Positions 8,127 to 17,186 of a stretch of DNA of 46,804 bases are shown one piece after another; position 1 is the stretch's first letter, and the number at the start of each line of letters is the position of its first letter. The position numbers were made by a program, and so were the translations under genes. Origin of the DNA: a virus. Its lineage: Duplodnaviria > Caudoviricetes. Where the stretch lies: IMG/VR virus record IMGVR_UViG_3300028588_000644, positions 1-46,804 of that record. One strand, written 5' to 3'. The notes beneath the pieces are model-generated. The model saw only the letters and a program-made list of their open reading frames with translations, was not told the origin of the DNA and ran no database searches.

Positions 8127-8783
8127 CTAAAAGAATTTTTTCAAGCTACCCTTCACACGGTAAACTTCTTTGATGATTGATTTTGGTATATCTTGTTCTG
8201 AGAACTCGGGACTTTTGCTGTAAGGAATTAACTTAAAGCAGTCATCTTTCTCTGACTTACCGATAATCTTAATTGTCCTAAATTCATCGCTTACGACTGC
8301 ATATATCTCTCCGAAAAGCAAAAATTCATTCCAATTGCTTAGTCGTTTTAAAGCAACGATATCTCCATGGCTTATAAATGGTGACATACTTTTTCCAGTA
8401 ATATTAATCCAACAATCTACATCGTTGAATCCAGGGAAGTCAATATAAAATGTTGGCTTTACAGATTGATTATTCATCACCACATCAAAACCTCCTATAA
8501 AATCTACATCATAGTAAGGGGCGCCTTTTGATTGGCTTAGAGTTGGTTCAGATAACATTAAAATTTCTGACTCGTTGACGGTGGAATATGGTTCTGTTCT
8601 TTTTTGTTCGGATTTATCGAACTTAAAAGTTCGAATAATTTCTCGTTTTTCTAATTCCGACAGACTTCGTCTTGAAATAGCCATCCTCACAGCATCATAC
8701 TCTTTTGATAGTAGAGCAGCTATATCCCTAATCTTTAAGATCTTATTTTTTTTAGCATTTTCTAAAGCTTCGTAAAAATCCAT
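8127..8783 (-). CDS. cI: CI-like phage repressor (HTH + S24 peptidase)
   Basis: N-terminal HTH; GKSMSP catalytic Ser motif and RTIK Lys; divergent from the early operon. Confidence 0.85.
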   Translation of the reverse strand: MDFYEALENAKKNKILKIRDIAALLSKEYDAVRMAISRRSLSELEKREIIRTFKFDKSEQKRTEPYSTVNESEILMLSEPTLSQSKGAPYYDVDFIGGFDVVMNNQSVKPTFYIDFPGFNDVDCWINITGKSMSPFISHGDIVALKRLSNWNEFLLFGEIYAVVSDEFRTIKIIGKSEKDDCFKLIPYSKSPEFSEQDIPKSIIKEVYRVKGSLKKFF

Positions 8784-8806
8784 TTTTTGAAAAATTATTT
8801 TTATTT

Positions 8807-8911
8807 GTTCTAAATAGTTTATTAAATAGAAAAAATGTTCGTTAATGTTCTTTTTAATAGAACAAATGTTCTATATTTGTCCTGTATAAAAGAAACAACG
8901 AAACAAATATA
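8807..8911. promoter_or_regulatory. Lysis/lysogeny switch: operators and face-to-face promoters
   Basis: ATAGAACA-AA-TGTTCTAT palindrome at 8857-8874; degenerate copy at 8826-8843; TATATTTG on plus at 8872-8879 and on minus at 8904-8911. Confidence 0.7.
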
Positions 8912-8994
8912 GCTAAATGCACATATATCGATTACGGAAAAACCGTAAAAAAGCATAAAAAGAAACTAATCATTCAAAACCTAATTCTCCAGCA

Positions 8995-9297
8995 ATGAAA
9001 AAAATAGATCAAAAATCAAAGAGCGGAATTTTCGCAAGAGCCTGGTCATTATTCAGAAAATATAATCTGTCATTTTCACAGGCTCTAAAAAAAGCGTGGA
9101 ATGATTTCAACAGAAGCCAGCTGGCGGCAGTATTCAATTCGATTCCATCTACGCGCCAATTTGCCCAAAGGAAGGAGCAGGCGAGGATGAGCTGGAGAAA
9201 TTTCCCAGATGTTGGCTTTTCCTGCACTCCGAGAAATATAGCAGACAACAACGGTGCGCTGAGCTGGTATGATGGAAAGACATACAACGCGGATTAA
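8995..9297 (+). CDS. Early phage hypothetical protein
   Basis: First ORF after the switch; AW...SFSQALKKAW motif seen in small phage proteins. Confidence 0.75.
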   Translation: MKKIDQKSKSGIFARAWSLFRKYNLSFSQALKKAWNDFNRSQLAAVFNSIPSTRQFAQRKEQARMSWRNFPDVGFSCTPRNIADNNGALSWYDGKTYNAD

Positions 9298-9343
9298 CAC
9301 AATATACAGACCAACAATTATTCAAACCTAAATTATTCAAGTC

Positions 9344-9502
9344 ATGGATTCACTTTCAAAAGTTTTAGTTTCCCTAAGAGCGAAAAAAATCAAAGTTCCG
9401 GCAGTCATAAACCTGCCTGCGACGATGGCAAGAAAAGAAGCGATGCCAAAGACATCATTTCACTATTACATGAGAATGACACAAAACATCATTTGCTTAT
9501 GA
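9344..9502 (+). CDS. Small hypothetical protein (52 aa, below the ORF-track cutoff)
   Basis: MDSLSKVLVSLRAKK...; ATGA overlap with the next gene. Confidence 0.55.
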   Translation: MDSLSKVLVSLRAKKIKVPAVINLPATMARKEAMPKTSFHYYMRMTQNIICL

Positions 9503-9768
9503 AAAATCTAATACACAATTTGAAAGCTGTCGACACGAAAATCGACGAGATGCTTTCGGAGATCAGGGTGCTCGACAAGCTTCCGTTCTACAGGATTTTC
9601 AGCAGGTGCGAAAGCAGGGAAATTGAGATCGCGGTCCTGAGAAAATCGCTCCATGACTACTACGGCGCCAAGCACTCTATACTCGAGAACCTTGAGTCCG
9701 AGATACGAAAAGAGAAAATGAAGCTCTCGGGACTGATGAGGGACAACAACCTAAAAAAAACGGGATGA
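9499..9768 (+). CDS. Phage hypothetical protein
   Basis: ATG at 9499; coupled to neighbours on both sides by ATGA overlaps. Confidence 0.7.
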   Translation: MKNLIHNLKAVDTKIDEMLSEIRVLDKLPFYRIFSRCESREIEIAVLRKSLHDYYGAKHSILENLESEIRKEKMKLSGLMRDNNLKKTG

Positions 9769-9860
9769 AGGTAGACTGGAAAGACAGCATTCTTTTGCTC
9801 TGCGCCGTGGCGATCACCGCTGCAGGAATCGCGGGAATAATAATACTAACAATTAAATAG
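9765..9860 (+). CDS. Small single-TM protein (31 aa)
   Basis: MKVDWKDSILLLCAVAITAAGIAGIIILTIK; ATGA overlap. Confidence 0.55.
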   Translation: MKVDWKDSILLLCAVAITAAGIAGIIILTIK

Positions 9861-9867
9861 CAACAAT

Positions 9868-10152
9868 ATGTTCACAGTAGGACAACCAATACCGGAAGCG
9901 TTGAGAAATGCGCTCAAGGAGGAAACCTCGCTAAGCGACTGGGCTCTGGTATGCGCCCAGGAAGGAAACACGGTTTCCCCTTACAATATCAGGGACATCG
10001 TTCGCGGTTGCAACATCTACGAGAACTCCATCCCTACGGTGGAGCGGTTGATAAGGCATTCGATCTCCAAGGCGGACCAGACCATAGCGATGAAACGCAA
10101 GAGCAAGACCGTGCTGAAGGCCTTCAGCAGAAGCGAAGAGGAAACCGCCTAA
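9868..10152 (+). CDS. Hypothetical protein, possibly Cro-like HTH
   Basis: 94 aa; weak HTH-like segment TVSPYNIRDIVRG. Confidence 0.6.
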   Translation: MFTVGQPIPEALRNALKEETSLSDWALVCAQEGNTVSPYNIRDIVRGCNIYENSIPTVERLIRHSISKADQTIAMKRKSKTVLKAFSRSEEETA

Positions 10153-10164
10153 AAACTTAAAGCG

Positions 10165-10395
10165 ATGGGAGCAACTATTACAATTTCACAGGAAGAATAT
10201 CAGTGTTTGAGGGAACATCTGAATATTGCCCAGCAGATGCTGGACAGGATCTCCGGGGCTTCAACAGGGCCGAAAGCTTCAGCGAAGCCCCCGCGAGAAA
10301 CCAAGGCGCAAAAGATGAAGCGGATCGACGATCTGATCACGGGAAAGACAAGGGCAAAAAAGCCCGACTATCTGAAAACTGGAAGGCGATCATGA
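10165..10395 (+). CDS. Phage hypothetical protein
   Basis: 76 aa ORF within the operon. Confidence 0.65.
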   Translation: MGATITISQEEYQCLREHLNIAQQMLDRISGASTGPKASAKPPRETKAQKMKRIDDLITGKTRAKKPDYLKTGRRS

Positions 10396-10574
10396 GAGCA
10401 CTTGAAGCTATTGGCCTGATCATAATGGCAGGGATCGTATTAGGAGTGATGCTCACATCGATCTGGATAATCATAGTAGCATTGAGAGCAGATCCCGATT
10501 TTGACGACGAAGACGACCGCGAGATCTATGAGCGCGAATACTGGGATAGGAAAGAAAGGGACAAAAAAACCTGA
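10392..10574 (+). CDS. Small membrane protein with acidic tail
   Basis: ATG at 10392 (ATGA overlap); hydrophobic helix followed by DPDFDDEDDRE. Confidence 0.6.
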   Translation: MRALEAIGLIIMAGIVLGVMLTSIWIIIVALRADPDFDDEDDREIYEREYWDRKERDKKT

Positions 10575-10651
10575 CGCGAGGGAGCGCCAGGTCCAACTAA
10601 CTTAATAGCAAATTATCAACACTTTACAATTAATAATTCAACAACAAAAGT

Positions 10652-12670
10652 ATGAAAAATCAAATCAAAATCGAAAGCATCAGCCTTGTGAACTTCAAGG
10701 GGGCAAGGAACCAGTCTATCTCGTTCGGGGACCAGACAAACATCTTTGGGGCTAACGCCACCGGAAAGACGACTATTTTTGACGCGTTCACGTGGCTTCT
10801 TTTCGGCAAGGACAGCTCCGACAGAAAAGACTTCGAGGTAAAGACGCTCGATGCCGACAACAGAAAGACCGACAACATCGAGATTGAAGTTTCTGCAGTT
10901 TTGAAAGTAAATGGAGTAAGAACCGAGATCAAGAGAATCCTTAAGGAAAACTGGGTTAAGAAGAGAGGTTCGCTGGAGCCTGAGTTCAAGGGAAATGAAA
11001 CCGTTTACTACTGGGATGGCGTTCCGATGCAGCAGAAAGAATTTCTGGCAAAAATTACCGCAATCCTTGACGAGAGCATTTTCAAGCTGATCACGAATCC
11101 CTTGGCCTTCAACTCGCTCAAATGGCAGGACAAACGGAATGTCCTTATCCAGATCACAGGCGATCTGAGCGACGAACAGCTTGCGGGAACAAACAAGGAG
11201 TATCAAGATCTTGTCGCCAAGCTCACCAACGGAAAGACACTGGAAGACTACAGAAAGCAGATTAATGCATCGATCAAAAAATCGAAAGAAGACCTGAAGG
11301 ATATCCCGACCAGAATCGACGAGGTTTTAAGGACAAAGCCCGATGCGAAAGATTTTGACGCATTGAGAGCACGGCTCGAGACAAAGAAGGAAGAGCTGTC
11401 AAAAGTAGATAGTCAGATCCAGGACAAGTCAAGAGCATTCGATTCCGAGCTTGAGGAAATCAACAAAAAGAAACTTGCTGCCAATGTCCTTAAAAATGAC
11501 ATCGCAACAATCGAGCAGAAGGCAAATTCTGATGCGGAGGAAAAAGTAAAGCCGGATGACTCAGTATTGATGCTTATGCAGAATACCCTTGAGACAAAAA
11601 CGGCGGACCTTATTTCAGCAAAAAACGGACTGGCCACGCTTTCAGCAAAAGTCGCTACGATCCAGAACGAAATTGCCCAGACCGAAAGCAAAATCTCTGG
11701 AAAGCGTTCGGAATGGGAAACCGAAAATGCAAAAGAACTTTCGTTCGACGACAAGGCTTTCTGCTGTCCGACCTGCAACAGGTCAATTGAGGCCGACGAC
11801 GCGGAACTGAAAAAGACCCAGATGATTTCAGAGTTCAAGGCCAAAAAGAACGTAGCGCTTTCACAGATTACCGCTCAAGGACAGGCGCTGGCGAATGAAA
11901 AGGCAAACCTTGAGAATGAGCTTAAGGCAGTGAATGAAAGAATTGGGAAAGGCAATGAGATGGTTGATTCTCTAAATGCTGAAATCAAAAAAGCTACAGC
12001 TGATATCGAGATTGAAGGCGCCAAGCATGAGAACGCCGAGAAGATGCCTAGCAAGGAGGAAGTCTGCGCCCAAATCCTGAAAGCAGACACTAAATATGCT
12101 GAGAAGAAAGCAGAGCTGGAGCAGATACAATCTACCATCGTCGAAATTCCAAAGGTAGATATTGAGGAGCTGAAAACAAAAAGAGAGCAGATCGTTAGCG
12201 AGATGGATTCCATCAAAACAGAGCTTCAGGTTGAAGGCCAGATCAAGGCTGTCGAGGAAAGAGTCGGAAACTTGAGAAAAGAAGAGGGAGAGCTTGCCCA
12301 GTTCATAGCGAACGTCGAAAAGGAGCAATTCACCATTGAAAATTTCAACAAGCTGAGAATCGATTCGTTGGAGGGCAAGATCAACGAGAAGTTCAGTTTC
12401 GTGAAGTTCAAGCTTTTCGACACGCAGATCAACGGAGGCGAGGTAGAATGCTGCGAAGCTCTTATTTCGGGAGTTCCATTCTCCGACGCAAACACCGCAT
12501 CGAAAATCAATGCAGGGCTTGACATCATCAATACCCTCTGCGAGTTCTACCAAGTCTCGGCCCCGATTTTCATCGACAACCGCGAGAGCGTGGTTGAGGT
12601 GATTGATACCGATTCGCAGATAATCAACCTGATTGTTTCAAAAGAAGATAAATCGCTACGAGTAGCATAA
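10652..12670 (+). CDS. SbcC/Rad50-like AAA ATPase
   Basis: Walker A GANATGKT; long coiled coil with CPTC zinc hook; PIFIDNRES Walker B region. Confidence 0.88.
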   Translation: MKNQIKIESISLVNFKGARNQSISFGDQTNIFGANATGKTTIFDAFTWLLFGKDSSDRKDFEVKTLDADNRKTDNIEIEVSAVLKVNGVRTEIKRILKENWVKKRGSLEPEFKGNETVYYWDGVPMQQKEFLAKITAILDESIFKLITNPLAFNSLKWQDKRNVLIQITGDLSDEQLAGTNKEYQDLVAKLTNGKTLEDYRKQINASIKKSKEDLKDIPTRIDEVLRTKPDAKDFDALRARLETKKEELSKVDSQIQDKSRAFDSELEEINKKKLAANVLKNDIATIEQKANSDAEEKVKPDDSVLMLMQNTLETKTADLISAKNGLATLSAKVATIQNEIAQTESKISGKRSEWETENAKELSFDDKAFCCPTCNRSIEADDAELKKTQMISEFKAKKNVALSQITAQGQALANEKANLENELKAVNERIGKGNEMVDSLNAEIKKATADIEIEGAKHENAEKMPSKEEVCAQILKADTKYAEKKAELEQIQSTIVEIPKVDIEELKTKREQIVSEMDSIKTELQVEGQIKAVEERVGNLRKEEGELAQFIANVEKEQFTIENFNKLRIDSLEGKINEKFSFVKFKLFDTQINGGEVECCEALISGVPFSDANTASKINAGLDIINTLCEFYQVSAPIFIDNRESVVEVIDTDSQIINLIVSKEDKSLRVA

Positions 12671-12818
12671 GGCAACCATAGAGGAGAAACTTAAGGTGGT
12701 GGAAGTTGAGGAGTTTATTTCAAGCCCCGAATTATAGTGTTGTGTTGTTGATCAAACTGATGCCGGTGGAGTTTCAAGTTTTAGAAGCCGGTTTTTTAAA
12801 TCCTAAAAATATAAAATC

Positions 12819-13670
12819 ATGTCACAAGAAAATACAGCTTTAGTTGAAGCAAAGAAAGATATTACATCACAGGTACTGGCAAAGATCGATGCTTTCCAAT
12901 CGGCGGGAGAATTGAGGCTTCCAAAAGAATACAGCGTTGAGAACGCCTTGAAATCTGCCTACATCATTTTGTCAGACCCGAAAAACAACCTATTGGCCAA
13001 ATGCGACAAATCATCTGTTGCGGAAGCTTTATTGAAAATGGTAATCTACGGAGTATCGCCGATCAAAAAGCAATGCTACTTCGTGCCTTACGGTGAAAAA
13101 TTGGAGTGCTCGATCTCTTATGCCGGTAACATTGCCATTGCAAAGAGATTCGGAAACTTGAAATCCATCAAGGGAAATGCAATCTTCGAAGGCGACAATT
13201 TCGAGTTTGAAGTTGATTCGCTGACCGGAAGAAGAAAAGTGCTGAAGCATTCACAGACTTTGGACAGCGTGGGCGGACTGGTTCTAAAAGGAGCTTATGC
13301 AGTGTATGAACTGGAAGATGGGACGACCGATGTCGAAGTAATGAATATCAAGCAGATCCAGGCATCTTGGAACCAAGGAGGTGCGAAGGGCAACTCTCCG
13401 GCTCACAAAAACTTCCCGGACCAGATGGCCATCAAGACAGTTTTGAACAGGGCGTGCAAATTGCTGATCAGCAGTTCAAACGATTCGGTTCTTTATGATG
13501 GTATCGAGGAAGAAAAAACAATCGACGTGACTTCAGAGAACGTGAACCACGAGGTGAAGACCAAGGCAAATAAAGAATTCATTGATTTTGAAGATGCTGA
13601 GGTTGTCGAGGAAGAGATTGTCTCTCCAAAAGCTGAAGCTGAAGAAAAACAAACCGCTCCAGGCTTCTAA
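12819..13670 (+). CDS. recT: RecT-family ssDNA annealing recombinase
   Basis: QCYFVPYG, SYAG and DQMAIKTV motifs; acidic C-terminal tail. Confidence 0.88.
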   Translation: MSQENTALVEAKKDITSQVLAKIDAFQSAGELRLPKEYSVENALKSAYIILSDPKNNLLAKCDKSSVAEALLKMVIYGVSPIKKQCYFVPYGEKLECSISYAGNIAIAKRFGNLKSIKGNAIFEGDNFEFEVDSLTGRRKVLKHSQTLDSVGGLVLKGAYAVYELEDGTTDVEVMNIKQIQASWNQGGAKGNSPAHKNFPDQMAIKTVLNRACKLLISSSNDSVLYDGIEEEKTIDVTSENVNHEVKTKANKEFIDFEDAEVVEEEIVSPKAEAEEKQTAPGF

Positions 13671-14407
13671 TGGAGCTCAAGATAATTGGCACGGGATCGA
13701 GCGGCAACGCATATGTTTTGGAAAATGAAAAGGAAGCGTTGCTCATCGAAGCCGGCGTCAGGTTCTCAGAAATTAAAAAAGCTCTTGATTTTAATGTTCA
13801 GAAAGTTGCGGGATGTATCGTCTCGCACTCGCACGGAGACCATGCGAAAAGCATCAGTGACGTCTTGAAATCAGGAATCAACGTTTACGCATCGACAGAC
13901 ACATTCCAGAATTTCGGAGTGGCGATAAATCACAAGACGCACTTTTTATATCAGGGCGCAAGCTACTCGATTGGAGGTTTTAAGATATTGCCATTTGAAG
14001 TAAAACATGATGTTCCGTGCCTTGGTTTTTTGATATCGCATTCTGATTGCGGAAAGGTGCTTTTTCTCACGGATACCTACTATTGCGAGTATAAGTTCAA
14101 GGACCTGAACAACATCATAATCGAGGCAAATTATTCCAAGGAAATCATCGACAGAAAGTTCGGTACGGACAGCAAGATGGAGTTTTTGAGAAACAGGATC
14201 CTAAGAAGCCATTTTTCTCTTGCACACTGCAAAGAAATGCTTTCGGCGAATGACTTGAGCAAAGTGAACAATATAGTTCTCATTCACTTATCTGACAGCA
14301 ATTCCGACGAAAGGCAGTTCAAGAGTGAAGTCGAGCAACTGACGGGAAAGAATGTAAGCGTGGCCAGCAACGGCATGAAACTGAAATTTAACAAGACACC
14401 ATTTTAA
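13670..14407 (+). CDS. MBL-fold metallo-hydrolase (exonuclease partner of RecT)
   Basis: GTGSSGN, HSHGDH, TDT, EANY and HLS motifs. Confidence 0.88.
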   Translation: MELKIIGTGSSGNAYVLENEKEALLIEAGVRFSEIKKALDFNVQKVAGCIVSHSHGDHAKSISDVLKSGINVYASTDTFQNFGVAINHKTHFLYQGASYSIGGFKILPFEVKHDVPCLGFLISHSDCGKVLFLTDTYYCEYKFKDLNNIIIEANYSKEIIDRKFGTDSKMEFLRNRILRSHFSLAHCKEMLSANDLSKVNNIVLIHLSDSNSDERQFKSEVEQLTGKNVSVASNGMKLKFNKTPF

Positions 14408-14417
14408 AAATTGAACC

Positions 14418-14852
14418 ATGATTTTCAACGCCACAATTGAACTCGACAAAAAAAGGGCCATCGAAAGGATGCGCCACTATATCGAAAAGGGCAAGACGTT
14501 CGAGCTCACAGAAAAAAAGGAAAGAAGGACCATCCGGGCAAACGCGTATCTCCACTTGATTCTTTCCTGGTTCGCTCTGGAAACCGGATACACCGAAGCC
14601 GAAGTGAAGCAGGAAATATTCAAGAAGATCGTTAATCCGAATACCTTTTACGAAGGAGAGCACGGAGATCTGGTCAAGATCGAGAGATGGCGGAGTTCTG
14701 CCGACCTTGACACCGGAGAAATGGCATTGTGCATCGATCGCTTCCGGGACTATTCGGCAAAGGAAGCGGGAATATACCTTCCGGAACCGAAGGACCTGGG
14801 AGTGCTCAGGGAAATTGAAATACAAATTGAAAACAACAAACAATACTTATAG
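14418..14852 (+). CDS. NinB-like phage protein
   Basis: RTIRANAYLH and SSADLDTGEM...YLPEP pattern. Confidence 0.6.
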   Translation: MIFNATIELDKKRAIERMRHYIEKGKTFELTEKKERRTIRANAYLHLILSWFALETGYTEAEVKQEIFKKIVNPNTFYEGEHGDLVKIERWRSSADLDTGEMALCIDRFRDYSAKEAGIYLPEPKDLGVLREIEIQIENNKQYL

Positions 14853-14854
14853 CT

Positions 14855-15112
14855 ATGAATATCATACACGGAGAAATCACCAAAATTGAAAAGACTTTCC
14901 AGAACACGGATTTCGAGAAAAACGAAGTTTTTGTCAAGATGCCGGACGAGGAGGAGTGCAAGGTAGAATTCAGGGGCAGGGTGATGATGAATCTCCTGAA
15001 AGGATTCGAGCCTGGAGATATAGTTCAGGTGGCCGTAAAATACGAAGGCAAGCACTCGAAGTCATCTGGAATCTATTACAACAACATGATCGCTAAATCC
15101 ATAAAGAAATAA
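14855..15112 (+). CDS. Small OB-fold (DUF3127-like) protein
   Basis: beta-rich 85 aa; GDIVQV...YYNNM pattern. Confidence 0.55.
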   Translation: MNIIHGEITKIEKTFQNTDFEKNEVFVKMPDEEECKVEFRGRVMMNLLKGFEPGDIVQVAVKYEGKHSKSSGIYYNNMIAKSIKK

Positions 15113-15330
15113 TGAGCCAGATAATCGAAGATTTGAAGAAAGTCAAGCAGACTGTCAGCAATCTTGGAAAGGACCGGATTAACTCTATGAACAAGCCGAT
15201 TCCTCTGGACCAAATGATTGATATTCTAAAGCCTTATGCCGAGATGGAAAGGCTGGTGGAAAAACAGATTTCGAAAGCAGCAAAACAGCATACGATACCT
15301 AAAAGCTCAACTTTAAATAAACTAACATAA
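15112..15330 (+). CDS. Phage hypothetical protein
   Basis: 72 aa ORF coupled to the upstream gene. Confidence 0.65.
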   Translation: MSQIIEDLKKVKQTVSNLGKDRINSMNKPIPLDQMIDILKPYAEMERLVEKQISKAAKQHTIPKSSTLNKLT

Positions 15331-15337
15331 TTCACTT

Positions 15338-16402
15338 ATGATAAACTTATTCAATACTCATATCGAAGCGCTGGCCATCCACAGGGTCGGCAACAAATCC
15401 AGAAACGAGACGATGTTTCTTTCTGAAGAACTTTACAGACTGACAAATGAAATTTCGCCGTTGATCAAAGATTTTTTCTTTAAGCCATTTCGAGAAAAAG
15501 AGGAGAATTATTTCCAGTTCTCGCACGATGTTGACTTGGAGTATAACGAACTTTATAATATAGCGACAGATATTTTTAGGCTTAACGGTTACGAAGATAA
15601 ATTTTACGAAGCGTCTAAAAAGATCACCCAGCATCTTTTTGAACAGTCGAACCATCCGCACATCAAGGCTGGAGAAGTTTACATCGCCTATTTGTCAAAC
15701 GTAGGCATCGATAATAATGTAGTTGATGCCATCGGAATCTTCAAGAGCGAAATCCACAATGATTTCTTTGAGGTGAACCAAAAGGAAAGCCGTCTTGAGA
15801 TCGACCTGAAGCAAGGAATCTCACTTGACAAATTGGACAAGGGATGCATAATCTTCAACTATAAAAAAGAAGAGGGCTACAAGATACTTTCAGTCGACAG
15901 CAACCGCTACGATGCAAGATACTGGCTTGAGCATTTCCTTTCGGTCGATGCTTTCCACGATGAGAATTTCTTGACCAAGAAATACCTGAAATTCTGCCAA
16001 GATTTTGCAAAGGAAGTCGTGCTTCCGGCAGAGGACAAAAAGGAAGAAGTCATGTTCATGAACCGCTCGGTAAACTACTTCGGAAAGAACGACGACTTTG
16101 AAGAGCAAAGTTTTATGAATGAGGTGATTGATAATCCTGCGTTAAAGTCTGAGTTTAAGAGTTTCAAAGCCGACAAGGGAGAGAAATACAGCATCGAGGA
16201 CGTATCGTCTTTTCCCATCTCAAACAGCGCCGTTTCCGATGCCAGAAAGAAGATTAAGAACGTTATTAGCCTTGACACAAACATCCAGATCAAATTGGAT
16301 TTTGTCAATCCGGAAAGCGCAGAGAAGTTCATCGAGAAAGGCTGGGACGAAGAGAAGCAGATGTATTATTACCTGGTTTATTTCAATAAAGAGCAGAAGT
16401 AG
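15338..16402 (+). CDS. Nucleoid-associated protein (NA-37/YejK-like)
   Basis: IHRVGNK, HPHIKAGEVY, GIFKSE, KLDKGCIIFN and YWLEHFL motifs. Confidence 0.85.
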   Translation: MINLFNTHIEALAIHRVGNKSRNETMFLSEELYRLTNEISPLIKDFFFKPFREKEENYFQFSHDVDLEYNELYNIATDIFRLNGYEDKFYEASKKITQHLFEQSNHPHIKAGEVYIAYLSNVGIDNNVVDAIGIFKSEIHNDFFEVNQKESRLEIDLKQGISLDKLDKGCIIFNYKKEEGYKILSVDSNRYDARYWLEHFLSVDAFHDENFLTKKYLKFCQDFAKEVVLPAEDKKEEVMFMNRSVNYFGKNDDFEEQSFMNEVIDNPALKSEFKSFKADKGEKYSIEDVSSFPISNSAVSDARKKIKNVISLDTNIQIKLDFVNPESAEKFIEKGWDEEKQMYYYLVYFNKEQK

Positions 16403-16428
16403 AAACAGCATTTTTATAATCTAAAAAG

Positions 16429-17181
16429 ATGGCAGACGAGAAAAAAACAATAGTGGTCTATTCAGATTGGGCGTCGATTTTCGAGCAGCTCGAAGACGAT
16501 GAGGCGGGAAAACTTATCAAACATTTCTTCAAATACATCAATGACGAAAATCCAGAGATGGAAGATAGGCTGCTTAAAATGGCTTTTGAACCGATTAAAA
16601 TGCAGCTAAAAAGAGACTTGACTAAATGGGAGCAAACCAAGCAACGGCGGGCGGAAGCAGGGAAAAAAGGCGGACGGCCGACCAATGAAGAAAAAGCAAA
16701 AAAAGCAATTGGTTTCCAAGAAAAGCAAACCAAAGCAAAAAAAGCTGTTAATGTTAATGAGAATGTAAATGATAATGTTAATGTAAATGTATCTACTATC
16801 GTAGATGGAGAAAAAGCCGCCCACGCCAATTTTGAAATAATTGCAGATTCTGATAAGATTAAAAACCCAACTGCCGAAAAAGAAAAAAGTTCCGCCAAAA
16901 AAGAAAATGCGAATGAGGCCCATGCCGAGGTGTTGAAATCTGCAGAAAGCGAATCCTGGCTGGAGGCGGTGGCGATGCAGAACCGGAAAACCATTTCCGA
17001 GATTAAATCCCGGATTGATGATTTCGTCAAGTTTCTCGCTACGGTCGACAGGATCCATCCCTCGAAAAGGGAATTTCTGGAGCACTTCATCAACTGGCTC
17101 AAAAAAAATGTCGACAGGCCTGAACCGAGATTCCAGAACAAAGGCTCGAGCGGAGCGCCTAAATTCTCAATAAACCAGTAA
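16429..17181 (+). CDS. Phage replication initiator (DUF6291-like N-terminus)
   Basis: EAGKLIK...AGKKGGRP; NVNENVND linker; C-terminal HFINWL; precedes a DnaC-like ATPase. Confidence 0.75.
   Translation: MADEKKTIVVYSDWASIFEQLEDDEAGKLIKHFFKYINDENPEMEDRLLKMAFEPIKMQLKRDLTKWEQTKQRRAEAGKKGGRPTNEEKAKKAIGFQEKQTKAKKAVNVNENVNDNVNVNVSTIVDGEKAAHANFEIIADSDKIKNPTAEKEKSSAKKENANEAHAEVLKSAESESWLEAVAMQNRKTISEIKSRIDDFVKFLATVDRIHPSKREFLEHFINWLKKNVDRPEPRFQNKGSSGAPKFSINQ
16690..16791. repeat. Iteron-like AAAGC repeats plus AT-rich hexamer array (candidate origin)
   Basis: AAAGC at 16693, 16702, 16722, 16732 and 16741, then an AATG(T/A)N hexamer run. Confidence 0.5.
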
Positions 17182-17186
17182 AAACC

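Noticed and set aside
10616-12553. Multiple minus-strand ORFs over the SbcC-like gene, and similar ones over structural genes
   Set aside because: Antisense artefacts of biased codon usage
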